NCBI GenBank assembly: GCA_903925285.1
Contig: CAIYET010000770.1
Span: 20,621 to 84,620 of the forward strand
Length of the DNA stretch: 64,000 nucleotides
Direction of reading: 5' to 3'
Origin: Candidatus Hydrogenedentota bacterium
GTDB lineage: Bacteria > Hydrogenedentota > Hydrogenedentia > Hydrogenedentales > SLHB01
Positions 9,219 through 17,797 of the stretch are shown here, one piece after another. Within the stretch, counting starts at the first letter, position 1; the number at the start of each line of letters is the position of its first letter. Under the pieces are notes generated by a model, which was not told where the DNA came from, did no database searches, and saw nothing but the letters and a program-made list of their open reading frames with translations. A program made the translations under genes and the position numbers.

Positions 9219-10640
9219 ATGAGTAAGGGCAAGGTTTTGATAATCAGCAGCGATGCTGAACTGTCGGAAACCATTGTTCAGGTTTTGGAGCAGGCTGAGT
9301 TCGACGTGGTTGCTGCCGCCAACAAGACGACGGCTCTGGACTTGGCCAAGAGTGACGTTTTCGAACTGGTGGTGGCCAATCTCACCTCACCCGATCATTC
9401 CAGTCTGGGAATACTGAGACATCTTAAGGATTCCTTTCCCACCACCGAAATCATCATGTCCTCCACCAATCCAACCCTGGACTCGGCGATCGCATCGATC
9501 CGGGAAGGCGCGTACGACTATCTCTGGCTGCCTCAGGACTTGACTTGGCTGCCTGAGTCGGCCAGCGGCGCCATCATGCGCCGCCGGAGAAAGATGAAGA
9601 TATTCGCACCGGACGAGGTCGGCGAAACGTCCGAGGACGCGATGGAAAGAACAACGAGTTCCGGCGCGGTGCGCGGCCATGTACCGGATCCAGCCGAAGA
9701 ACTCAGTGCTTCCGTGATGATTGGCGATACCCCATCGATGGTTGCCGCGCGGCAGCTTCTCTTGCAGGTGGCTTCTTCGGATATGACAGTACTGGTGCGG
9801 GGAGAGAGTGGTACGGGGAAAGACGTTGCGGCGAGATTGATTCACCGGGTATCGCCTCGAAACGAGACGGGCACATTCGTCAAGATTACGTGTCCCGCCG
9901 TACCCGAGTCGCTGCTGGAATCCGAATTGTTCGGTTACGAACGCGGGGCTTTCACGGGCGCCGTGGCACAGAAACCCGGCCGGTTCGAATTGGCGGGCAA
10001 AGGGACCATTTTCCTGGACGAAATTGGTTCAATCTCGCTGGCCATGCAAGCCAAACTCCTCGACGTAATCGAGCACAAACAGTTCACCCGTGTCGGGGGC
10101 GTCAAGACGATCACCGTGGATGCGCGCATCATCGCGGCCACCCATTGCCCCCTCGAGGAAATGATAGCGCGCGGGGAGTTCCGAGCCGACTTGTTCTACC
10201 GGCTTGAGCAGTTCACGATTACGCTGCCGCCGCTCCGGGAAAGAACCGAAGACATACTGCGCTTGTGCCGCCATTTCTTACGTTCGCACGCCGCCAAGTA
10301 TGGCTTCAAGCACCGCAAGACTCCGTTTCACATCATGGACCGGCTGGTCCGCTACCCGTGGCCCGGCAACGTCCGTGAGTTGGAGTCCACCATTGCACGG
10401 TTTGCCCTGACCGGTGAAATCGCCACATTCGAAGATGTCATGGAACCGGCCTCGGGCGAATCCCCGGCAAGTGCACCGGTGGCCAGCAAACTGGAAGAAG
10501 TAGAGGTCGCCGCCATCAAGGCTGCTTTGGAAGAGACACGCTGGAACAGACGCAAGGCGGCGGAGAAGCTCGGTATCAGCTACAGTGCCTTGAGGCGAAG
10601 ACTGGCAAAATACGACCTTGAAGGACGTAGTAACTCGTAA
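9219..10640 (+). CDS. Sigma54-dependent enhancer-binding protein (NtrC/PrsR-like): atypical receiver + AAA+ + Fis-type HTH
   Basis: Walker A is GESGTGKDV. The GAFTGA loop (ERGAFTGA) is present. The C-terminal HTH is RWNRRKAAEKLGISYSALRRRL. The receiver has Asn at the position aligned with the phospho-acceptor Asp. Confidence 0.85.
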   Translation: MSKGKVLIISSDAELSETIVQVLEQAEFDVVAAANKTTALDLAKSDVFELVVANLTSPDHSSLGILRHLKDSFPTTEIIMSSTNPTLDSAIASIREGAYDYLWLPQDLTWLPESASGAIMRRRRKMKIFAPDEVGETSEDAMERTTSSGAVRGHVPDPAEELSASVMIGDTPSMVAARQLLLQVASSDMTVLVRGESGTGKDVAARLIHRVSPRNETGTFVKITCPAVPESLLESELFGYERGAFTGAVAQKPGRFELAGKGTIFLDEIGSISLAMQAKLLDVIEHKQFTRVGGVKTITVDARIIAATHCPLEEMIARGEFRADLFYRLEQFTITLPPLRERTEDILRLCRHFLRSHAAKYGFKHRKTPFHIMDRLVRYPWPGNVRELESTIARFALTGEIATFEDVMEPASGESPASAPVASKLEEVEVAAIKAALEETRWNRRKAAEKLGISYSALRRRLAKYDLEGRSNS

Positions 10641-10854
10641 CACTACGAATTCGTTCTATCTCGATAGGGCTTCGGGGTTTTCTTTGACGGGTAAACGAAC
10701 CTTGATCTTGGTGGCCAAGTGTCGGTTTCGACTAATTATTGACCGGCAATAGTTGGCCAAGAAGGCCGCATCACAAGGTTTCGTTGAACGCATCGAAGTG
10801 CGATTTCTCATACAAACCCGCTCGAATTGCAGCGAACTGGACGTGAGTCCTTAT

Positions 10855-10870
10855 TGGCACATAGATTGCT
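10855..10870 (+). promoter_or_regulatory. Sigma54 (-24/-12) promoter
   Basis: TGGCACatagaTTGCt is an exact match to TGGCAC-N5-TTGC. It lies ~50 nt upstream of the ATG at 10919, which is preceded by an AGGAG RBS, and ~215 nt downstream of the sigma54 activator gene. Confidence 0.7.
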
Positions 10871-10918
10871 TATAAATTGGTGCAGTAGTGAAAATGATTC
10901 CTCAACCAGGAGTAGACT

Positions 10919-11323
10919 ATGAGCGAGAATTTCAGGATGTTGAACTGGGCGATCGAACACGAACTTCGATGTTCTCAACGCTACCGGCGTTTCTTGACAG
11001 TTGTCGGTGCGGAATGCCAGGACACGGACACTGGGCTTAAGGGATTGCTCGGCGAGGTACTCCGGGGAAGTGATGAGATCATCGAGTTGGACTCGACGGA
11101 AGTGGCCATCGTCATGGCTGAAACAGACAGGCTGGGCGCGTTGATGGCCATTGACCGGTATCATGCCCGGTTCAATGGCGCCTTCGACATCCGTTTCGGT
11201 GTCGCCACGTTTCCGCTCGATGCCGGCGACCACGAGGCCCTCCTGGGCAGAGCGCGAAGCCGCCTGCTTAAGGCCAAGAAAGGGCAACCCGGCACAGTGA
11301 TCTCGGAGGACGAATCGCAATAG
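10919..11323 (+). CDS. Small stand-alone degenerate GGDEF-like protein (I-site RxxD retained, active site DSTEV)
   Basis: LRGSD-EIIEL-DSTEVAIVMAETD aligns with RxxD-x5-GGDEF-hydrophobic-xxT of diguanylate cyclases. FGVATFPLDAGDHEALLGRARSRLLKAKKG matches the GGDEF C-terminal SiGvA...AD.AlY.AK.G region. An AGGAG RBS and the sigma54 promoter lie upstream. Confidence 0.6.
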   Translation: MSENFRMLNWAIEHELRCSQRYRRFLTVVGAECQDTDTGLKGLLGEVLRGSDEIIELDSTEVAIVMAETDRLGALMAIDRYHARFNGAFDIRFGVATFPLDAGDHEALLGRARSRLLKAKKGQPGTVISEDESQ

Positions 11324-11414
11324 ATCGTCAAGAATGAGTTCTCGTAGTGGTGAGCGGAACGAGTAGGCTCCATTCGATGGAGTTCGGGAAAGCAAGGAAG
11401 CGGAGGGACACATC

Positions 11415-11855
11415 ATGTTGGAAATGCTGCGGAAGTTGACGGTAAAGAAGGCGCCGGGGAATGGAATGGAGACAAAAGGGTTTTTGTCGCAAGATGATTT
11501 CGCCGACCAGCTAATCAAGGAGCGTGCCCGTGCCGATCGTGCCGGCGCTTCTTTCACGCTGCTCGCTTTCGATGTTGAGACGCCACCGGGATTGAACGGC
11601 AAGGCCGAGGCCATGGAGATTCTCGCGTCAATACTCGCGAAGCGGGCGCGCGTCACCGATACCAAGGGTTGGTTCGGTAACCGCTTGGGCATCATCCTAC
11701 CGAACACGCCGACCGAAAACGCCGACAATGTCGTTCGACCCATTCAGGAACAGTTCAAAAAGACCGTCGTTTCCAATTCGCCACACGCGTCTAAAGCACC
11801 CAAGATTGCTTATCAGGCATATGAGTATCCGAATAATGAAATAGTAAATGTGTAG
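11415..11855 (+). CDS. Second small degenerate GGDEF-like protein (I-site RxxD retained, active site GNRLG)
   Basis: GFLSQDDFADQLIKERARADRAGASFTLLAFDVE matches the GGDEF N-terminal block. RVTD-TKGWF-GNRLGIILPNTPTENA aligns with RxxD-x5-GGDEF-xxxxPxT. The start codon is uncertain (Met1, Met4 or Met18). Confidence 0.6.
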   Translation: MLEMLRKLTVKKAPGNGMETKGFLSQDDFADQLIKERARADRAGASFTLLAFDVETPPGLNGKAEAMEILASILAKRARVTDTKGWFGNRLGIILPNTPTENADNVVRPIQEQFKKTVVSNSPHASKAPKIAYQAYEYPNNEIVNV

Positions 11856-11922
11856 GGATGTAGATAACCCTCGCGAAGCAAGACGGCTGGCGCCGGTTGC
11901 CTAGGGGAAAGGGGAGTCTAAA

Positions 11923-12777
11923 ATGGCTACGGAGCATGATAAAATGTATACTATCGTAAATTCCCATCCCGGAACGAACGGGAAGAACGGGCGGGTAAGG
12001 TACGTTGCGGAGAGTCGAGAAGCTTCGACCGTTATGAGTCAGCCATCGGAACTATGCTTTGGGCGTCGGATTCCCTTGTGGAAGCGTGCCTTTGACATCA
12101 TCGGTTCCGGGGTGGGCTTATTCCTGCTTTCACCGCTTTTCCTACTCATCGCCCTTTACATCAAGATCGTGTCGCCCGGCCCCGTGTTCTTTAAGCAGAA
12201 CCGGATTGGCTGGTCAGGGAAAGAATTCACCATGTGGAAGTTCCGCTCGATGCGCCCCGATGCGGATTCCTCCGTCCATCGTCAACACATGGCCAAACTC
12301 ATCCAGAACAGTACCGATCCCAGTGATAAGCGCTCCGTGCAGGTCTTGACGAAAATCGCGAACGATCCCCGAATCATCCCATTTGGTGTGATCTTTCGTA
12401 AGTCGTGTTTGGATGAACTGCCCCAACTGATTAACGTGTTCCTCGGCTGCATGACCTTGGTTGGTCCCCGCCCCGCCATCCCCTATGAGGTCGAAAAGTA
12501 CATGCACTGGCACAAGGAACGCTTTGACACGGTCCCCGGCATGACCGGGCTGTGGCAAGTGAGTGGAAAGAACAAACTCTCGTTCAAGGAAATGGTGCGC
12601 TTGGACATCCGATATGTACGGGAGAGGTCGCCGTGGTTGGACATCAAGATCCTCCTTAAGACCCCGCCGGCCATTATCATCCAGGTGCGAGAGAATTGGC
12701 TAGTCAGGCAACGCAACAGCCGCGTTGAAGCGGCAGGAAAAGCACGCGCGCGGACTACTGCAAAGATCAACGAATAA
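11923..12777 (+). CDS. Polyprenyl-phosphate sugar-phosphate transferase (small WbaP/EpsL-type priming enzyme)
   Basis: KRAFDIIGSGVGLFLLSPLFLLIALYIKIVSPGPVFFKQNRIG..GKEFTMWKFRSM, DELPQLINVFLGCMTLVGPRP and PGMTGLWQVSG are bacterial sugar-transferase signatures. Confidence 0.85.
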   Translation: MATEHDKMYTIVNSHPGTNGKNGRVRYVAESREASTVMSQPSELCFGRRIPLWKRAFDIIGSGVGLFLLSPLFLLIALYIKIVSPGPVFFKQNRIGWSGKEFTMWKFRSMRPDADSSVHRQHMAKLIQNSTDPSDKRSVQVLTKIANDPRIIPFGVIFRKSCLDELPQLINVFLGCMTLVGPRPAIPYEVEKYMHWHKERFDTVPGMTGLWQVSGKNKLSFKEMVRLDIRYVRERSPWLDIKILLKTPPAIIIQVRENWLVRQRNSRVEAAGKARARTTAKINE

Positions 12778-12805
12778 TGTCTGCTTTTCCAGAAGGGTAG
12801 TCTAA

Positions 12806-15800
12806 ATGAAACGGAGAGGTTCTTCTCTTCTTTTAGATGTTGTGTCCTTATTACTTCTTGTCGGCGGTCTATATCACTCTCCGGCGTACGCCTATGCCAG
12901 TCCCGAGTCGACTTCGTTATCCGCTGATACACGGGCGGTTAAGCTGGATGCGTCGACTGTAATTCATATCCAGCCCGAGGGCGATCTTGACCCAAACTGG
13001 TCGTATGAATGGTCGGTCGATCGAGGCGAAATCGACGAGATTTCGGGCAACACAACCGCAATCTACACGGCTACAGCCGACCTGGATCCGGGGTGGGACA
13101 CCGTAACCGCGACGATCTGGGACAACTCGCCTCCGGGTCCGCCAATCCTTGTGGCAACGCGTACTATCGTGCTTCTCGTTTTCAAGCAGTTCATCATTCT
13201 CAAGGCAGACGATTGGCAACGCTGGGAATGGGCTCCGCCCGGCGCAAGTCCCAACTGGACGTATTACATGAACTATTGCATCAATGTGAAGCATATCAAG
13301 ACGTCCGCCGGCATCATGAACTTCTCCCTGGATCCGGACTACCCGGAGCCCCAACCCGCGCCCCCCGATCCCCCTATTAACTATTATCTTGCCGACTTCA
13401 TCGCCTACACCCAATCGCTCCATAACACGGGATATGTCGAGTTCTGGAATCACGGACAGACTCATATTTGCGACCCGTATGAATTCCAGGGTTCCTCGTA
13501 TGCGTTTCAGGCCGAGCATCTCGCGTACGGCCAAACCCAATCGCTGGCATTGCTTGGATTTACCTACACGGCATTCGGCGCGCCCTGTAACGCCATCGAC
13601 GACACGACTACCGCAGTCATTAATGACGCGCCAGACATCAAGGTGTGGCTCTTCGGTCTCCCCGAATCGACGAAGATGGTCCTTGAAAATGGCAACGGAG
13701 AGATTGAACCAGGCGACGTCGGCGTACCGAGTTATCTGGGTTTTCTCGCAGGGTATGACGCCGAGGCCGATTACGTCGTGCTGCAGCACCATCCCGCTTT
13801 CGAGGAATTCAGAAGCAACTTTGGCGAGTTCAATCTGATCATCGAGTACCTGCTCGACCAAAAGGCCACGTTCATCAAGCCCACCGAGTACTACCGCCTG
13901 ATCCACGACGGCATATTGCCGCTTGATCCTCAAGGCGACGTGCCGCCCTATATCACAACCCAGCCGGTGTCGCAGACGGTCAACCCTCATGACGACGTCA
14001 CGTTCACGGTGGAAAACACCGGCTCATTGCCCCTGGCCTATCAATGGAAAAAGGAAGGCGAAGAAATCCCAGACGCCACCACCGCGACCTACATAATTTC
14101 AGCCGCGACGGAAGCCGATGAAGGAGACTATGTATGTATAGCGACGAATCCGGCGGGAAGCGCCATATCCGATCCCGTCGCGTCGCTTAGCGTGAATGAC
14201 CCGCCGGAAATCGGCGAAGATCCCGTGTCACAGTCCGTGGACCCCGGCGATTCCGTGACATTCTCCGTGACGGTCACGGGCGCCCCGCCCTTGAGCTACG
14301 CATGGAGCAAAGACTACGGCGAGCCAATATCCGGCGCGACGGACGCTTCTTACTCGATAGATCACGCGACCCAAGACGATGAAGGCGAGTATGTCTGTTT
14401 TGTCAGCAATGAAGCGGGCATGATTCTCAACGACAATGAAACGTCCAATCCTGGGATGTTATGGGTGAACGATCCGCCGACGGTCACCGAGTCGCCCGTG
14501 TCTCAAACGAAAAACTTCGGCGACGTGCCGCAATTCTCGGTCGTCGTTACAGGCACCATACCCCTTTCTTTCCAATGGCGAAAGGGCGGTGTCGCCATCG
14601 AAGATGCAACGGATACGATACTGACCCTTCCCGCCGTGGCTAACGTCAACGAGGGGAGCTACGACTGCGTGGCGACCAACAGCGCCGGAACGGATACCTC
14701 TGCGTCGGCCACATTGACGGTTCAAGATCCCATCATTTTCACCCAGCCTGAAAACGTTCAAGTACTCGCGGGCGGTACGGCACACTTCAATGTCGTTGCC
14801 GGTGGCACTGGCAGCCTCTTATACAAATGGTTTCAAGGCGAAAGCCCGTTGAGCGATGGGGGCGATATTGGCGGCTCGGCGACCCCGAACCTTCAGATTG
14901 CAAACGTGACGAATCCCAATCCGGTTGAATACCACTGCGATGTAACCGGCGAGGATGGAACGATCGTCTCCGCCACGGCAACCCTCGAGGCAACCGACCC
15001 CGCCATTGCCACTCAACCCATTTCCCTTACGCGGAACCCCTCTGAAGAGGCTACGTTTTCGGTGGTTGCCATGGGGACCAGTCCGTTCACCTACCAGTGG
15101 CTCAAGAACGCCGAGAATGTACAGGGCGCTACCGAGGCGTCCTACACAATCCCGGGCGTCACAGAAGGCGACGAAGGGGAATACCGCTGCCTGATTTCCA
15201 ACAGCGTCAGTCCAGCCGGTATCCGGTCGAATCCGGCAGCCTTGGTCGTGAACGACCCGCCCATCATTACGACGCACCCCGTATCGCAGTCCGTCGATCC
15301 GACGGATCCCGTTACGTTCGCCGTGACCGCCACCGGCACGGCTCCGTTAAGCTACGAGTGGCGGAAAAACACGGTATTGATTCCCGGGGCGACCCGGTCT
15401 TCGTATTCCATCGCCGCCACCGTCCCAAATGACGCAGGCCAATATACTTGCTATGTAACTAATCAAGCGGGAATCATCTCGGCCCAAAACAAGCTGTCGG
15501 ACCCAGGCGTCCTGACGGTGAATGCGCCACCCGCCATTAGCGCCCAGCCACAGAGTGCAACAAAGAATCCGGGCGAGTCTGCAACATTCGGCATCACGGC
15601 AACCGGCGCCGCCCCTTTACAATATCAGTGGCGGAAAAACGGCAGCGAAATGCCCGGCAAGACCCTGTCCTCGCTTGGCTTCGCATCGGTAGCCGAAACC
15701 GACCAGGCGGCCTACACCTGCTACGTCAGGAACTCCGCGGGGGACAAGACCAACGCGAACGTCGAGTCCGCCCCGGCCGTGCTGACAGTGACCGACCCGC

Positions 15801-17770
15801 CCACGATTACCCGGCAGCCGGCTTCTCAGACCATCGCACCTGGGCTCTCCGTCACGTTTTCGATCGCCGCGACCGGTACATTGCCTTTCTCGTACCAGTG
15901 GAAGAAAGGTGTCCAGGATATCTCCAACGCGACGAACGCTCAGTACAGCATCGCTCATGTGTCGCAAACCGACCAGGGGCTTTATTCCTGTCATATCGCC
16001 AATTGCGCGGGAAGCGCGTTGTCGGATCAGGCCACGCTGACGGTTTTCGAGGCTGTCAAGATCGTCACCCAACCCGTTTCGGAGTCCGTGAACTATGGCG
16101 TACCCGCACAGTTCAGCGTCTCTGTCACCGGCGCGCCGCTCATCGATTTTCAGTGGCGAAGGGGAGGCGTGCCACTGGCAAACACCGGCAGGATTTCTGG
16201 CGCAGACGCGGCAACACTGCATATCGCCGCCAGCGTGAACGTGGATGAAGGCAGTTACACCTGCCGCGTCAGCAATCAGTTCGGCGCCATGACATCCTAT
16301 TCCGCGGTGCTGACGGTAAACGATCCTGCGATCGTCTCGCAGCCCCAAGGGGCGCAGGTACTGGTTGGCGGTACCGCCATGTTCTCGACGGAAGCCGTGG
16401 GCAGTGCGTTGACGTATCGGTGGTATAAAGGGGCCTCCCCATTAAGCGACGGCTCCAATATCAGCGGTTCAAGCGCGGCCACGTTGGCCGTAAGCAATTG
16501 CACCGGAGCGGACGAAGGCGCTTATCATTGTGTGGTTGGTGGCAGACCAGACCCGTCCGTGATTTCGGCAGACGCCGAACTCGATGTGGGCGATCCGGCC
16601 ATTCTCACTCAGCCGCAGTCCCAAACCGTAGATCCCGGCGTTGGGGTTACCTTCTCCATCCAGGCAGGGGGTACGCCTACATTCAGCTATCTGTGGCACA
16701 AGAATGGAATTAACATCGAAGGAGCGACGAACGACGTTTTCGTTATTGCTTCCGTCGCAGAAACCGACGAAGGCGCCTATAGCTGCCGCGTCACAAGTCC
16801 CGTTCGGCCCCTCGGAATCGAGTCGGACGAAGCAGGCCTGATCGTGAATGACCCGCCCGTCCTCGAGGGTGCGTTTGTCGACCCGCCCGGTGGACAAATC
16901 CATGCGATGAACTCCGCCAGTCTGACCGTGGGAATCTTGGGCGGTACGGCGCCCTTCTCGTACCAGTGGAAAAAGGACGGCAACAATGTCGATGACAATG
17001 GCCGGATTACGGGCAGTCGGACGGCAGCGCTTGCCGTCAATTCGGCGGTACAGGACGATGAAGGGGTTTATACCTGCGTTGTGACGAACTCGGCAGGCAG
17101 CAACACCTCCGACGCGGTTCATTTGATTGTCGGCGACCTGCTGGACTTCATCCGGCGGTTGGAGGATCAGAAAGAATACGTGGGCAAGGAAGTGCGCTTC
17201 ACGGTCCAGGTGATCGGCGGCCGTGGGACGATCGAATATGCGTGGAAGTTCCAAGGTGCGCGCAAGACGGCGATGCCGGTGGGCGCCAATTTGTCCACCT
17301 TAACGATACCCCAGGTAGCGCTGGCGGATGCCGGTTTATACTGGTGCGACGTGACGGACCAGCGGGGAACGCATCCCTCGAATCAAGCGGCACTCCAAGT
17401 GGCGTCTTCTTCCTTGGAGATCATCCAGGATCCGAGCGGCGGGCAGGGCACGTTAGGTTCACGGTACGAGTTCACCGTAGCGACGCGTGGCGGTTTCCTG
17501 CCCCTAACATACGAATGGCGCAAGGGTGACGTGCCGATTTCTTCCGCCACCACCTCAACGTTCACGATTCCGTCACTCCAAGATACGGATGCGGGAATCT
17601 ACACGGTCATCGTTTCGGACAGCGATTTCCATGTGTGTCAATCGAACACGGCCATTCTCGAAGTGATATCGGGCTTGTCGGTCGGCGGCCTTGCAGGTCT
17701 CTTACTGTTGACAACCATGCTTGCATTGGCCAGCACAGTCGTCTTGCGGAAATTTTTTCATATGATATAG
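12806..17770 (+). CDS. Giant surface protein, paralog 1: signal peptide, small beta-sandwich, CE4/DUF2334-like head (DD and H-x3-H present), 14 I-set-type Ig repeats, C-terminal TM anchor
   Basis: A signal peptide is present. The head carries ILKADDW...FWNHGQTH. There are 14 repeats of ~90 aa carrying [YF]xW[KR]K...DxGxYxC...N. The protein ends with a hydrophobic helix plus RK. Confidence 0.8.
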   Translation: MKRRGSSLLLDVVSLLLLVGGLYHSPAYAYASPESTSLSADTRAVKLDASTVIHIQPEGDLDPNWSYEWSVDRGEIDEISGNTTAIYTATADLDPGWDTVTATIWDNSPPGPPILVATRTIVLLVFKQFIILKADDWQRWEWAPPGASPNWTYYMNYCINVKHIKTSAGIMNFSLDPDYPEPQPAPPDPPINYYLADFIAYTQSLHNTGYVEFWNHGQTHICDPYEFQGSSYAFQAEHLAYGQTQSLALLGFTYTAFGAPCNAIDDTTTAVINDAPDIKVWLFGLPESTKMVLENGNGEIEPGDVGVPSYLGFLAGYDAEADYVVLQHHPAFEEFRSNFGEFNLIIEYLLDQKATFIKPTEYYRLIHDGILPLDPQGDVPPYITTQPVSQTVNPHDDVTFTVENTGSLPLAYQWKKEGEEIPDATTATYIISAATEADEGDYVCIATNPAGSAISDPVASLSVNDPPEIGEDPVSQSVDPGDSVTFSVTVTGAPPLSYAWSKDYGEPISGATDASYSIDHATQDDEGEYVCFVSNEAGMILNDNETSNPGMLWVNDPPTVTESPVSQTKNFGDVPQFSVVVTGTIPLSFQWRKGGVAIEDATDTILTLPAVANVNEGSYDCVATNSAGTDTSASATLTVQDPIIFTQPENVQVLAGGTAHFNVVAGGTGSLLYKWFQGESPLSDGGDIGGSATPNLQIANVTNPNPVEYHCDVTGEDGTIVSATATLEATDPAIATQPISLTRNPSEEATFSVVAMGTSPFTYQWLKNAENVQGATEASYTIPGVTEGDEGEYRCLISNSVSPAGIRSNPAALVVNDPPIITTHPVSQSVDPTDPVTFAVTATGTAPLSYEWRKNTVLIPGATRSSYSIAATVPNDAGQYTCYVTNQAGIISAQNKLSDPGVLTVNAPPAISAQPQSATKNPGESATFGITATGAAPLQYQWRKNGSEMPGKTLSSLGFASVAETDQAAYTCYVRNSAGDKTNANVESAPAVLTVTDPPTITRQPASQTIAPGLSVTFSIAATGTLPFSYQWKKGVQDISNATNAQYSIAHVSQTDQGLYSCHIANCAGSALSDQATLTVFEAVKIVTQPVSESVNYGVPAQFSVSVTGAPLIDFQWRRGGVPLANTGRISGADAATLHIAASVNVDEGSYTCRVSNQFGAMTSYSAVLTVNDPAIVSQPQGAQVLVGGTAMFSTEAVGSALTYRWYKGASPLSDGSNISGSSAATLAVSNCTGADEGAYHCVVGGRPDPSVISADAELDVGDPAILTQPQSQTVDPGVGVTFSIQAGGTPTFSYLWHKNGINIEGATNDVFVIASVAETDEGAYSCRVTSPVRPLGIESDEAGLIVNDPPVLEGAFVDPPGGQIHAMNSASLTVGILGGTAPFSYQWKKDGNNVDDNGRITGSRTAALAVNSAVQDDEGVYTCVVTNSAGSNTSDAVHLIVGDLLDFIRRLEDQKEYVGKEVRFTVQVIGGRGTIEYAWKFQGARKTAMPVGANLSTLTIPQVALADAGLYWCDVTDQRGTHPSNQAALQVASSSLEIIQDPSGGQGTLGSRYEFTVATRGGFLPLTYEWRKGDVPISSATTSTFTIPSLQDTDAGIYTVIVSDSDFHVCQSNTAILEVISGLSVGGLAGLLLLTTMLALASTVVLRKFFHMI

Positions 17771-17797
17771 TTTCTTAGCGTAGTAGAAGGGATCCCG

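Noticed and set aside
10808-11743. 311-aa minus-strand ORF covering both small GGDEF-like ORFs
   Set aside because: It has no recognisable motif and a Ser/Arg/Ala-rich antisense-type composition. The plus strand has a sigma54 promoter, RBS and GGDEF-like alignment. I treat it as an antisense artefact of GC-rich DNA.
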